From NCBI GenBank assembly GCA_965216315.1, contig CBDCFN010000016.1, positions 1,600,001 through 1,664,000 of the forward strand: a stretch of 64,000 bases of DNA, in the 5' to 3' direction. Below the pieces are notes generated by a model that was given only the letters and a program-made list of their open reading frames with translations, made no database searches and was not told where the DNA came from. The stretch comes from a bacterium (lineage in GTDB: Bacteria; UBA10199; 2-02-FULL-50-16; JAJFLM01). Positions 10,949 to 20,876 of the stretch are shown here, one piece after another (position 1 is the first letter of the stretch; each line of letters begins with the position of its first letter). The position numbers and the translations under genes were made by a program.

Positions 10949-11677
10949 ATGGGTGACAATCAAATCAACGCTGCGGGCTATCAATCTAACATCACTGGCA
11001 ATGAATCGTTAAGCTGGGCGGTCGCCGAAGAGACGACGATCGAGAGCTGCGAACTCGGCAAGACGTATGTCTTCCGGGATGGCGATACGCTCTGGGACAG
11101 CACTGACGGCAATGTCTCGCGTCTCAATGCCACACTCTTCTTGAATCATGAGCATGCCAGCGGAACTCTCAGGGAACGCTTGGGTATGGGGGAGACTCTA
11201 CTGGATGGAGATACCCTGTGTATCCCGAAGGCTCTCGGGGATTTTAATGACCTAATGGTAACTCAATTTTCCGCCTGGGGAGAACACGCTAACTCGACCT
11301 ACATGATTACGAGGCACAGCGTGAGCCTTTCCGGACAGGATCATGATCTCATTATTACTGTTGACCAGGTGGACGACTCATACGTCTGCGACGGAGACTT
11401 ACGCTATGAATATGACTCGCCTCATTATCGCGTTAGAATTTCCATTCAGTCTGATCATGAACAGACCTCTTTTGAGACCCGAATATCGGGTGATGGTCAT
11501 GAGGAAGTCTATAATCGAGCATTAGAACAAGTCTACTTGGCACGCATCAACGGAAAGTTACAACTCACCGGCGGCACAGGTCTTGAATTGCGTTATCCGG
11601 ATAATTTCATGCACGGGCTGAATGAGTATTACGACTACAGAGTCACAGAACCTGGGACATGCACTCTAAACTTCTGA
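10949..11677 (+). CDS. Hypothetical protein with LysM-like segment
   Basis: GGAGG RBS before ATG 10949; YVFRDGDTLW...LN...LLDGDTLCIP resembles LysM. Confidence 0.6.
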   Translation: MGDNQINAAGYQSNITGNESLSWAVAEETTIESCELGKTYVFRDGDTLWDSTDGNVSRLNATLFLNHEHASGTLRERLGMGETLLDGDTLCIPKALGDFNDLMVTQFSAWGEHANSTYMITRHSVSLSGQDHDLIITVDQVDDSYVCDGDLRYEYDSPHYRVRISIQSDHEQTSFETRISGDGHEEVYNRALEQVYLARINGKLQLTGGTGLELRYPDNFMHGLNEYYDYRVTEPGTCTLNF

Positions 11678-11713
11678 TTATTTCAGCTGAAAGATCACTT
11701 TACTAAAAAATTG

Positions 11714-11754
11714 AAAGGGCGAACCATGCGGCCAAGCCGCAGGTCCGCCCCTTC
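11714..11754. terminator. GC-rich hairpin between convergent genes
   Basis: Imperfect stem GAAGGGCG-AACC-ATGCGGC/GCCGCA-GGT-CCGCCCCTTC. Confidence 0.45.
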
Positions 11755-11769
11755 TCCCCCTAAGTAAAC

Positions 11770-13464
11770 TTAGCGGACATTCATCATGTCTTCAGGGCAC
11801 TGGATCACTTTGATATGGATCGTGATCGTCTCGTACTTCACCTCATTATGAGGGAAGGTATTGACGTCGGCCTCAAAAGTGACCGTCGTCGTGCCTATAC
11901 CCGTCGGAGTGATCGTCACACTTCCCGGGTCATTCTGCAGACCGATCGTGGCGACACCGTCATCGTCGGTCTGAGGATTGCGAACATTGGTCGAGTACTG
12001 GAAGCCACGCTGCCAGCTCATATCTTCTTCGCAAATGCAGATTACGAGATAGTAGACGTTGTCACCGGCGTGACGCAGCTTGTACAAGTCTTCAACACCC
12101 GCATTGTCGAGTCCCGCAAAGGGATCCGCCGGATCGACAACGGGGACTTTCTTCGGAGCACCGGCCGGGTCAGCGGCGGCTTCCTCTTCACACTTCGGTT
12201 CACAGTCAATGACCGTGACGTAGATCGTTCCAGAGACCCAATCCGTATTGGCGATCGGAAAGGTATGGGTGAGCGCTTCGAAGGTCACGGTCGTCGTTCC
12301 TACTTTGCGCCCACGAATCGCGACCGTTCCCGGATCATTGGTCATGCGAACACCGGCGGTAAACGGATTGGAATTGCCCCCGTTACGTAGTGACGTCTGC
12401 CACTTAAAGCCGCGATACCAGGTCTTCCCTTTACAGATAACCAGCTTGTAAGAGTTAGGACCAATCTTTTTCAATTTACCGATATTCTTCTTATCGATTC
12501 CGGGCTTACCGTCACCGTCAGGATCCGGATTGTCGGCATCGTCATCATCACCTGGCGCCGGACAAGGCTCATCACCATCGTCATCAGGATCAATGAGCTT
12601 ATCCGGATCAAAAGGATCATTGAAATCCTCCGGGCCGTCAGGATCTTCCGGAGGTAAAACGGGAGGGAAAAGCGGCGGATAAACCGTATCGTCGATTTCC
12701 ATCTCATTCATCGGAATATTCTGATAGTAATAGTCTTCCGTTTCTCCTTCTGCGAATTCACCGGTCCCATCCCAACCGTCAGGATAGGCACTTTCATCAA
12801 TCGGACGTTCAGAAAGAGTTACACGGTACCAAATATCATGGGTCTGAGAGCCCATCGTCGCAAACGGTGTCAACACGCGTTCGGAAGTGCCCGGCGCGAC
12901 ATGAACAGGATGGTTTTTCACGACCCACTCTTCTGTTCCCGTAGAAGTGGCATCATTCCATTCGAGATCACGATTCCAATCGGCTAACACGTTAATATAA
13001 CGCAATTGATCCGTCGCACCGGCAGCAACCGAAACAACGACCGGAAGCTGATATTGTCCTCCAGCGGGCAGCAACCCAATAAACAACCCATCGTCATAGC
13101 GGTCTTGGTCGGGATTTTCATCGAGATTAGGTTCCCCATCCGGGTCGCTCGGATCGGTCGCATCATCCTCGGCGCTGCTTGGCAGCGAACCATCTGCGAG
13201 AAAATATCCCAATGCAGACTGCGTCGTATCCAAATGACGCGCCCCATTGCTAGCGAGTTTGGTTGGAAACTTGGCACCGCTGACAGTCCCCGTATCATCG
13301 CGATCATCCGGAGCATCCCCGTAATCGGCGACGCTTTCAGCGGCAGCTTCCGGGCTTGTCAGGACTTTCTCCGCTTCAGGGCAGGCGGTTAAAGAAAAAA
13401 GCAGGACGAGGGAAATTCCTCCCGTCATCAATTTGTCGTAGAGTCTTCTGGTCTTGGCTAACAT
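11770..13464 (-). CDS. Surface lipoprotein with GEVED-like domain, acidic Pro/Asp linker and two Ig-like repeats
   Basis: Lipobox LTAC; DYGDAP; DWNRD; GETEDY; two repeats LVIC...RGF...NDPG.V.I...GTTTVTFEA...TFP. Confidence 0.75.
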   Translation of the reverse strand: MLAKTRRLYDKLMTGGISLVLLFSLTACPEAEKVLTSPEAAAESVADYGDAPDDRDDTGTVSGAKFPTKLASNGARHLDTTQSALGYFLADGSLPSSAEDDATDPSDPDGEPNLDENPDQDRYDDGLFIGLLPAGGQYQLPVVVSVAAGATDQLRYINVLADWNRDLEWNDATSTGTEEWVVKNHPVHVAPGTSERVLTPFATMGSQTHDIWYRVTLSERPIDESAYPDGWDGTGEFAEGETEDYYYQNIPMNEMEIDDTVYPPLFPPVLPPEDPDGPEDFNDPFDPDKLIDPDDDGDEPCPAPGDDDDADNPDPDGDGKPGIDKKNIGKLKKIGPNSYKLVICKGKTWYRGFKWQTSLRNGGNSNPFTAGVRMTNDPGTVAIRGRKVGTTTVTFEALTHTFPIANTDWVSGTIYVTVIDCEPKCEEEAAADPAGAPKKVPVVDPADPFAGLDNAGVEDLYKLRHAGDNVYYLVICICEEDMSWQRGFQYSTNVRNPQTDDDGVATIGLQNDPGSVTITPTGIGTTTVTFEADVNTFPHNEVKYETITIHIKVIQCPEDMMNVR

Positions 13465-13524
13465 GCTTGGCTCCTTTGTCGGGTGATAAACTATGGACCC
13501 ACGGTCCTTTCACGACAACAATAG

Positions 13525-13541
13525 TGCAAGCCTCGTGCCAA
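13525..13541 (-). promoter_or_regulatory. Sigma54 (-24/-12) promoter of the lipoprotein gene
   Basis: TTGGCACGAGGCTTGCA matches TGGCACG-N4-TTGC; IHF consensus AATCAATATATTA at 13568-13556 in an AT-rich tract. Confidence 0.8.
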
Positions 13542-13650
13542 AAATTTTATGGATGTAATATATTGATTTTATTAATATTCTCTTAATTGGACAGGTTAAA
13601 ATATATAAAAAATATTCATTTTTAATAAAAATTAATCTTAAAAATAGACA

Positions 13651-14079
13651 TCATGGGCCCGCTTCCGTCGTACTTTTGATCTCCCCAAACTGAGTCACGC
13701 GCCACTTGCCGGCGTGCAAGGCGACCTTGACGTAGCTTTTACGATGAAAGGCGTCGATCCCCTCGGGCTTCACCACAACCTCATAAACAAAACGCTTAGC
13801 CCCTTCAGGAGCCTCTAGCGTCTTTTTTAACTCCGCTTGGATATGGGGGCGCTTTGTATCACCGCTAATCGCTTGCCCTTCCCGCAAGGTCAGTTCCTGT
13901 TTGAGCGTTTCACAGGCCAGCCCCTCACAGTACGCCAGCGATTGTTTAATATCCGTATCCACGTAATAGGCCTGAACAAAGGCATTGGCCACCTCGACCG
14001 CATCCCGACCCATTTTGGGACCCGCCGAACAGGCCTGCGCGCAACAAAGAACCACTATCCACGCAATGAACTTACCCAT
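13651..14079 (-). CDS. Hypothetical lipoprotein
   Basis: Signal peptide MGKFIAWIVVLCCAQAC; co-oriented with HAD-IB gene. Confidence 0.7.
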   Translation of the reverse strand: MGKFIAWIVVLCCAQACSAGPKMGRDAVEVANAFVQAYYVDTDIKQSLAYCEGLACETLKQELTLREGQAISGDTKRPHIQAELKKTLEAPEGAKRFVYEVVVKPEGIDAFHRKSYVKVALHAGKWRVTQFGEIKSTTEAGP

Positions 14080-14090
14080 GGTATCCCCTG

Positions 14091-14780
14091 CTAGCCTAAA
14101 CACTCCTTATAATGAAGGATAGGCCAGCCTTTTTTCTCGGCAACACGTAATAATTTCTTATCTGGATTCACTGCATGAGGGTGGCCCACGGCCTCCAACA
14201 GCACAATATCATCAATGTTATCCGAATAAAAATAACAGTCCGCTAAGGATACCTTTTCTTGCTCCGCGATAAGGCGAGCGACGTCCAGTTTCCCGTCCCC
14301 GTAGGCAAGTGGCTCTTTAACCGTACTTTGCAAGACACCATCGCGAATCTCCGGTGCCGGCGCATAATCGGCATTTACACCCAGATAGTCGCCGAGCACT
14401 TTGACCGTCATATAGGGGGCCGCCGTCACAAAGTAAGAGTTATGCCCCTTATCTTGGTGTGATTTCACTAATTCAATCGCCCCTCGATACAATCGCGGCT
14501 TGATATCTTCCGTAAAACATTCACTACCGATCTCTAACACGCGTTCGAGTGGCCAGCCGGCCATATCACCCAAGACAAGCTCATACATCTTTCGCACGTC
14601 TCCGTGATAGATTGTACTTACAGCTTTATAGAAGATTGCCTTGGCAATGCGACGCTTTCGAATCGCACCACAGCGCATTAAACGCAGTGTCGTATAATAA
14701 CCGCTATACCCATCAACAAGCGTCTTATCGACGTCAAATAATGCAACTTTTTTAGGGGCTCGCATCTCGCTATGGAGCAT
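14091..14780 (-). CDS. HAD-IB family hydrolase (SerB-like)
   Basis: FDVDKTLV, GK, YSDNIDD..LL..VGHPHAVNPD. Confidence 0.9.
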   Translation of the reverse strand: MLHSEMRAPKKVALFDVDKTLVDGYSGYYTTLRLMRCGAIRKRRIAKAIFYKAVSTIYHGDVRKMYELVLGDMAGWPLERVLEIGSECFTEDIKPRLYRGAIELVKSHQDKGHNSYFVTAAPYMTVKVLGDYLGVNADYAPAPEIRDGVLQSTVKEPLAYGDGKLDVARLIAEQEKVSLADCYFYSDNIDDIVLLEAVGHPHAVNPDKKLLRVAEKKGWPILHYKECLG

Positions 14781-14802
14781 TCAATTCAATCCTTATGGAA
14801 AC

Positions 14803-15372
14803 TTAGTCGAGAGTGGCGCGACGCAGGATATCGATGTCCACTTTTTTACCTTGATAGAAGTCATCAAATATTTGGCTGGCAAGACTATAAAAACCCATTA
14901 GTAGATCAAGCTGCAACTTCATGAAATCCGCATCTTGGCGATCGTCACCAGTAATTTTGACAGTCGATGTTTCGAGATCCGAGCGGCACTCTTCAATAAT
15001 GCGCAAACTGTGCTCAATACCGTCGCGCACCCGATCGAAGAAGCCTTTGATGAGCTTTCGAGGATAGTCGCGCACGGCCTCGTAATAATCTCGACGACTG
15101 CCCTTAACCCAAACCTTACGAACCATACCCTGCTCTTCTAACAGTCGAATATTGACACTAACATTTCCCTTGGAGGTCTTCAGAAAATCACATATTTCAT
15201 CCAGGGATAGTGGCTGACGCATCATGAATAGCAAGGCATAGATCTGACCGCCTACCTTATTGACCATTCCCAACATGTTTGCAGAGATCTTCCCAGAACT
15301 CTCTATGAACGATTCCAGCGTCTTCTGTAATTCATCACTGATCGTTTTATTGATGGAAGGCTCAGCGGGCAT
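14803..15372 (-). CDS. GbsR/MarR-family transcriptional regulator
   Basis: GQIYALLF...PLSLDEI...SKGNVS...KGSRRDYY. Confidence 0.88.
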   Translation of the reverse strand: MPAEPSINKTISDELQKTLESFIESSGKISANMLGMVNKVGGQIYALLFMMRQPLSLDEICDFLKTSKGNVSVNIRLLEEQGMVRKVWVKGSRRDYYEAVRDYPRKLIKGFFDRVRDGIEHSLRIIEECRSDLETSTVKITGDDRQDADFMKLQLDLLMGFYSLASQIFDDFYQGKKVDIDILRRATLD

Positions 15373-15421
15373 TGAGCGAGGAATAGCAGCGGCTTAGCAG
15401 GATGTCAAACCTGCCCGCGGC

Positions 15422-15472
15422 AAAAAAAAGCCCCGTGAGATAGCCAAAACCGCTATCTCACGGGGCAAAAAA
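15422..15472 (-). terminator. Rho-independent terminator after the respiratory gene cluster
   Basis: 15-bp stem GCCCCGTGAGATAGC/GCTATCTCACGGGGC followed by T8 on the minus strand. Confidence 0.9.
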
Positions 15473-15490
15473 ACAAATAATCACTAGTAA

Positions 15491-16264
15491 TTACGATCCG
15501 ACTTTGAAGCTTGCATCGGCATTAGCCGCCGCACCGGCAGTCACTTTCACCGCCTTCGTCTGTTCGCCAAACTTCTCATGCCAAATTTTCACCGTATAAT
15601 CGCCGGCAGGAATATTCTTAATTTCAAATTTTCCATCGGCCTTCGTCGTTGCAAAGAAAGGATTCTTAGCAACCAAGGCATAAGCCGTCATCCACGGGTG
15701 AACATCGCATTTGAATTTAACGATATTGCCGGCCTTATTAAACTTATGCTTGATTGGGGCCATGCCTTGAAACATCGCCCGATTAAAACAAGTCGCCGTC
15801 CCTTCAAAGCAATGAACATTGTGCAATGTCTTGTCACTGTTTTTAATTTCCAGGGGTTGTCCGTCATAAAGCGCCAAGACATGGGGCGTATATTGACAAC
15901 CTTTTTGGTCAAGGACCACAGGAGTTTCGGGCGTCTTGAATTCGCCCTTCACTTCGTCCAGATAAACAATAACATTCGCCAACTCACCCGCGGCGCCAAC
16001 AACAACCTCTTCACTCGGAACCGCTGCACTATGTGCCTGCGCACAAACCGGATCCGCCTTCATATTAATAGGCCGCATTTTAGGGGCTGTCCCTTCTAAT
16101 TTTATCGTGCCTGTGATGGAACCGTTCGCACCACCGGCTGCAGCCGCCGGCGCCGGGGTATCCGCCGCCTTAACCTGAGTATCAGATCCCATACCACAGC
16201 CAATTGCGATAATAGCAGCCATGGCAATCCCTACATAAAACTTATTTTGATATTTCACGCTCAA
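15491..16264 (-). CDS. Cupredoxin-like / carboxypeptidase-regulatory-like domain lipoprotein
   Basis: Lipobox AIGC; DQKGCQY.PH, HNVH and CDVHPWM type-1-Cu-like motif; start may be GTG 16258. Confidence 0.8.
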   Translation of the reverse strand: MSVKYQNKFYVGIAMAAIIAIGCGMGSDTQVKAADTPAPAAAAGGANGSITGTIKLEGTAPKMRPINMKADPVCAQAHSAAVPSEEVVVGAAGELANVIVYLDEVKGEFKTPETPVVLDQKGCQYTPHVLALYDGQPLEIKNSDKTLHNVHCFEGTATCFNRAMFQGMAPIKHKFNKAGNIVKFKCDVHPWMTAYALVAKNPFFATTKADGKFEIKNIPAGDYTVKIWHEKFGEQTKAVKVTAGAAANADASFKVGS

Positions 16265-16340
16265 CTCCTCTCGTTAAAAAAATCCCGAAAAAACTAGCAG
16301 ACCGCCATTTAGACGTCAAGAGAGCCCCTCTCGAAGTATC

Positions 16341-19034
16341 CTAGCTTTTCCCCTTACCTTTCTTCGCCTTATTCACCTTCGGTTTGGTACTCGCTTGTGA
16401 TTTACGCGTAATTTTAAGCATATAATCCGCTATCGCCTGCGCCTGTTTTTCCACATCGCCCCCGAGTATATTGGGTGGACCGGAACCGGGCTCTGGCAAA
16501 AAGGCCGGCATTCTCACGCCGGGAGTAAACTGCTGCGCATTCTGCACCCAAGGCGCGATAAAGTCCGGCCGAATCCGTTCCGGTATCATATTCAGATCCG
16601 GCCCCCACATAGACTTTGGACCTGAAGGTGTTTTACTGCCCTGCACATGGCATGAAAAGCAGCTGAAATACTGTCCCGAAACCAGCGCCTCACCCGCGGC
16701 CAACATCTCCTCTGAGGCAGGCTCGTCCGGCAAAGTTACAAAGATATCTTCCTTATTATCGAGATAAGCAAAGTACTTCACCAACGTCTCCGTGTCTTCA
16801 TCATTGAAATCAAAGCTCGGCATTCGAATATCCAACCACGGGCGAATCTTCGTCTTGCCCGGATCCTTCAGGAAGTGAAACAACCAGTTCGGTTGGACCT
16901 TGGCCCCTTGGCCTGCAAGGTTGGGCGGAGCCGCACTGGGATCATCGTAAAGATTGGCAATATCACCGCCTTCGCCTTCAATCTGGTGACATCCGACGCA
17001 ATTCAAGCGTCGCGTCAAACGCCTCCCCTCATCAATCACCCGCTGATTAGAGCTGAGAGCCGAAGGAATATATTTTTCAGGGGGCGTATATCCCCGCAAG
17101 CCCTTAAGGAAAACAACGAGCGCCTTAATCTCATCATCCTTGAGCGGAAATTGAGGCATCACACTTGAAGCCCGCGTATGTACATAAGTCCGGGGATTTT
17201 TAATTTTATTATAGATCCAATCTTCCCAGGTATGTGGTATATCCGTGTCACCAAAATCCAACTTATCAGTTGTCTTTAGCCCAATCGATGACAGATCAAC
17301 GGATAATTTTGAGAGTCGCTCGGTCCCCTTGATGTCATGACATCCATAACAACCACGCTGCGTAATCAGCAGGTAACCTTTATCTTTATTTTCAGGATTA
17401 CTGAGTGCCGCGCGAATCGCCTCGTCGTCACTGGGTTTCTCACCCTTTGTAGCCAGATATGCCGTAATATCCGCAGCCTCCTGCTTCGTCAGGCGAAGCC
17501 GCGGCATGCGTGCTGTCGCATGATAGCTCTTCGGATCTTGGATCCAATTGTATACCCAATCCGCATTGGTTTTTTCCATAATGCGATCGAGGGTAGGCGC
17601 AAAAGCCGCTCCTTTATCTTCAAGACTGTGGCAGCCGAAACAACCAACTGCGCCAAATAATTTCTTCCCATTCTCCGCATTACCCGTACCCGGATAAGCT
17701 CCAAAGGGGTATTGGTAGTCACCCGATGCCTGCATCAGATAACTGGCAATCTGCGTCGCTTCCTCTTTGTTAACCTTCGCCTCGGGCATGCGCGTATGGG
17801 GATCATACGAACTTGGCTTCAATATCCACGGAACAATCCACTCAGGATTAATCTTGGCACCGACGTTTTCCAGTGACGGTCCCGCCTTGGGATAGTCTTC
17901 CAGTCCATTGACGTTATGGCAACCAACACAACCCATTTCCGCAAAAAGTCGCTTCCCCTTGATGGCGACGGGAGCATGTTCCAGGTTCCACTGATCGCCG
18001 TGACATTTGTGACAAGAAGATTGGACGTAATCTCCCCGCAACAGCGGGTTGAGCCAATGATGCTCAAAACCATGGGCAAAATCATCATGTCCAAAGGGTT
18101 CGTGTTTGATTTGGGTCGCACGGCCTTGCCCCCAGTGGCAGGTCGTGCAACCAAATTTATCGACAGGATGATTCTTGAGAAGCACATCGCGATGCGGATG
18201 CGTCCTGTGAAGCTTATTCTCCGCGTTCTCAAATCCTTTGCGATCAATCGCCGTATGACACGTCATGCAACGATCCACTTTACCCCACTCGACAACACCG
18301 ACAATCCCTAAATCAGGAATAACAACCTGTTTTATCTCGGTCCCTCTTCCGCTAATCGTATCCAAGCGCCGCTCGATAGTGCGCAACGGGGCAAAATGAT
18401 CTTCTTTGGCCTTCACCCAGCGCGCCACTTCGTTGTCGTATTTTGCCACCTTATCAGCGACAATCTTCAGCTCGGCAGCCGCCTTTTCAACCTCTTTACC
18501 AAGGCGCGCTATTTCCTCCTCAAGCTCCCAATATTTTTTTTCATACGGCTTATAGTCTTTGCCTTGGTGCTGGTGATGTTTCCAATGATAATAAATTTCA
18601 TCTTGATCAGCCTTAGCAAAGCCCCTCGTTTGGTTGATATCTTCGTATGCGATAGTCAGCTCGTCCCGCTCCTTCAGGAGTTTTTTATAGTCGGAAGATT
18701 CTTGTGCAATCTCGGCTTGTTCCAGTTTTAGCCCAACTTGTCTCAATGAAAGTTTTTTAGGATCGTTTGGCAATTCATCGACGGTCTTTCCCTTAAACTC
18801 TTCTTCGCGTTTTTTATCCGCCGCCTCGATCTTGGCCTTCAAGTCATCATATTCTTTTTGCACCAAGCCGTACTCGTACTTATTAAAGGCATTCTGAATC
18901 CCTTTATAGGTACGGCGAATAAAGGCGTCATCAATCATTGCATAGACGGAGATAACGAAAAATAATGAGCCGAGTAAGAATAAATACTTACTCATCGAGC
19001 GCTTTTCGACGGGATCTTTGTGTTCTTCAGCCAT
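16341..19034 (-). CDS. Membrane-anchored octaheme c-type cytochrome
   Basis: Eight CxxCH motifs (CMTCH, CTTCH, CHKCH, CVGCH, CFGCH, CYGCH, CVGCH, CFSCH); N-terminal TM helix and coiled coil. Confidence 0.92.
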   Translation of the reverse strand: MAEEHKDPVEKRSMSKYLFLLGSLFFVISVYAMIDDAFIRRTYKGIQNAFNKYEYGLVQKEYDDLKAKIEAADKKREEEFKGKTVDELPNDPKKLSLRQVGLKLEQAEIAQESSDYKKLLKERDELTIAYEDINQTRGFAKADQDEIYYHWKHHQHQGKDYKPYEKKYWELEEEIARLGKEVEKAAAELKIVADKVAKYDNEVARWVKAKEDHFAPLRTIERRLDTISGRGTEIKQVVIPDLGIVGVVEWGKVDRCMTCHTAIDRKGFENAENKLHRTHPHRDVLLKNHPVDKFGCTTCHWGQGRATQIKHEPFGHDDFAHGFEHHWLNPLLRGDYVQSSCHKCHGDQWNLEHAPVAIKGKRLFAEMGCVGCHNVNGLEDYPKAGPSLENVGAKINPEWIVPWILKPSSYDPHTRMPEAKVNKEEATQIASYLMQASGDYQYPFGAYPGTGNAENGKKLFGAVGCFGCHSLEDKGAAFAPTLDRIMEKTNADWVYNWIQDPKSYHATARMPRLRLTKQEAADITAYLATKGEKPSDDEAIRAALSNPENKDKGYLLITQRGCYGCHDIKGTERLSKLSVDLSSIGLKTTDKLDFGDTDIPHTWEDWIYNKIKNPRTYVHTRASSVMPQFPLKDDEIKALVVFLKGLRGYTPPEKYIPSALSSNQRVIDEGRRLTRRLNCVGCHQIEGEGGDIANLYDDPSAAPPNLAGQGAKVQPNWLFHFLKDPGKTKIRPWLDIRMPSFDFNDEDTETLVKYFAYLDNKEDIFVTLPDEPASEEMLAAGEALVSGQYFSCFSCHVQGSKTPSGPKSMWGPDLNMIPERIRPDFIAPWVQNAQQFTPGVRMPAFLPEPGSGPPNILGGDVEKQAQAIADYMLKITRKSQASTKPKVNKAKKGKGKS

Positions 19035-19041
19035 TGTTAAT

Positions 19042-19111
19042 AGGGGCTAGCGTCGCCCCCTCCACAAGGAGACCTTGCGGAGCCTCCCCCTCTCGCTCGC
19101 GTTGCTCGCTA
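19042..19111 (-). repeat. Structured ~70-nt repeat, copy 1 (intergenic)
   Basis: Near-identical to 19940-20010; internal hairpin CAAGG-aga-CCTTG. Confidence 0.9.
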
Positions 19112-19142
19112 TATCTGAGGTTTGTTCGGGTTAGTATTGTCA

Positions 19143-20051
19143 TTATATATTTAAGTTAATCCACGGGAATTTGACGATATATTTAATGTTAAAACTCCAA
19201 CGCAACAGCATTTTGACGACGGTTCCCATCATGGTCAGCCATAAAAAAGCAACGATGCCATAGCGTACCACCCCAAGCTTCTGGATCGTTTCAAAACGCT
19301 TCACGCCCCATAAATAGAACGGAATCGCGAGCCCATAGTACAAACCAATCAACAGGGTGCCAAAAATCGCCCCACCCCAGTCACCGCGCAGGAAATCAAT
19401 CCCCGACACCTGAGCGACCAGTACGTTTAAATCTACATTCGTCAGCGCCACGACCTTGTGAGCGTCCCACTCCTGCCAAGGCATAAAGAAGTTCCAACCC
19501 GGACCCCGCATGAAGGTCCCGACAAAGATCAGCATGATCCAGAGGACGAGAAACCCGAAATTGAAGGTCAGCATGGCAAACGGCCGATCGCGGAAAGTAT
19601 AGTAGCCATTGCCCTTCGGATTGACGTCCACGTAAGGAATTACCATCAGGCCGATGATGATAAAAGTTGGCAGTACGACGCCAGCAAACCAGGGATCAAA
19701 ATAAACCAACATCTCCTGTAGGCCGAGAAAGTACCAAGGCGCCTTGGACGGGTTCGGTGTATTGGTTGGATTGGCGGGTTCCTCGAGTGGCGCATCGATA
19801 AAAATAGACCACACCGTCACGGCAATCAGGGTCAGCAGGCCGATGACGAACTCGACTTTTACGAGGTGAGGCCAGGTATGCACCTTGTCCTTCGACAAGG
19901 CCGCAGCTGGCGGCATCTTCGGCGGAACCGGGACCTTAGAGGGGCTCGCGTCGCCCCCTCCACCGGCAGAGCCGGACGGAGCCTCCCCCTCCCGCTCGCT
20001 TTGCTCGCTAGGCTTCGCCACTGCTTCTGGAATTATTGTTTCTTCTGCCAT
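19143..20051 (-). CDS. Cytochrome b C-terminal (subunit IV/PetD-like) protein
   Basis: APLEEPANP..TPNPSKAPWYFLGLQE; start MAEE coupled to the cyt b stop. Confidence 0.88.
   Translation of the reverse strand: MAEETIIPEAVAKPSEQSEREGEAPSGSAGGGGDASPSKVPVPPKMPPAAALSKDKVHTWPHLVKVEFVIGLLTLIAVTVWSIFIDAPLEEPANPTNTPNPSKAPWYFLGLQEMLVYFDPWFAGVVLPTFIIIGLMVIPYVDVNPKGNGYYTFRDRPFAMLTFNFGFLVLWIMLIFVGTFMRGPGWNFFMPWQEWDAHKVVALTNVDLNVLVAQVSGIDFLRGDWGGAIFGTLLIGLYYGLAIPFYLWGVKRFETIQKLGVVRYGIVAFLWLTMMGTVVKMLLRWSFNIKYIVKFPWINLNI
19940..20010 (-). repeat. Structured ~70-nt repeat, copy 2 (in frame inside the subunit IV gene)
   Basis: Encodes SEQSEREGEAPSGSAGGGGDASP; hairpin CCGGC-aga-GCCGG. Confidence 0.9.
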
Positions 20052-20053
20052 AA

Positions 20054-20857
20054 TCACAACGGTCCGGATATTCCCCCGTCCTTACGGACGCGCCAGAAAT
20101 GTACGATGATGAATACCGCCGTTGCGACGGGTATAAATATGCAATGTAAAACGTAAAAACGCAGCAAGGTCGGCGCACCGACAACGGTTCCACCGAGCAG
20201 TACAGAACGCGCATCGTAGCGCGGCGTGATAACCCCCGTTAAGGCCTGCATCTGTTCCGCCATCGGGCCCTCATGACCGGCCAAGGGTGTAGCGCGCGCC
20301 ATATTTGTTCCGACGGTCACGGCCCAGATCGATAACTGATCCCAAGGCAAAAGATACCCGGTAAAGCTCAGCAAGAAGGTTAAAACTAATAAGATAACCC
20401 CGATGATCCAGTTGAACTCACGGGGGGGCTTATAAGAACCCGTCAAGAATACCCGAAACATGTGGAACATCACCATCATGACCATCAAATGGGCCGACCA
20501 GCGATGCATATTCCGCATGACCATGCCGAAAGGCACGTCAAACTGCAGATACTTCATGTCGACGTAGGCATATTCAGCAACCGGACGATAATAAAACATG
20601 AGAATAATGCCCGTAACCGTCAGGATAATAAAAAACAGGAAGGTCAATCCGCCCGCACACCAAGTATAGTTAATCTTAATAGAGTGACGACGCACTTTAG
20701 AAGGATGAAGATGCAAAAATACATTAGACGCCGTCATCAAGATACGATTACGCCCGGTATCTTTATAACCATGGCGAAAAATTGACTTCCAGACGTCCGA
20801 AGTCACAATCTGGCGACGAATTTCATCGGCCTTAGCCTTAAGCTCTACGAGACTCAT
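20054..20857 (-). CDS. Cytochrome b N-terminal (b6/PetB-like) subunit
   Basis: WCAGG (heme ci Cys position), [32 protein letters not shown]...HFW. Confidence 0.93.
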   Translation of the reverse strand: MSLVELKAKADEIRRQIVTSDVWKSIFRHGYKDTGRNRILMTASNVFLHLHPSKVRRHSIKINYTWCAGGLTFLFFIILTVTGIILMFYYRPVAEYAYVDMKYLQFDVPFGMVMRNMHRWSAHLMVMMVMFHMFRVFLTGSYKPPREFNWIIGVILLVLTFLLSFTGYLLPWDQLSIWAVTVGTNMARATPLAGHEGPMAEQMQALTGVITPRYDARSVLLGGTVVGAPTLLRFYVLHCIFIPVATAVFIIVHFWRVRKDGGISGPL

Positions 20858-20876
20858 ATCAACCCTACTTCCCCAA

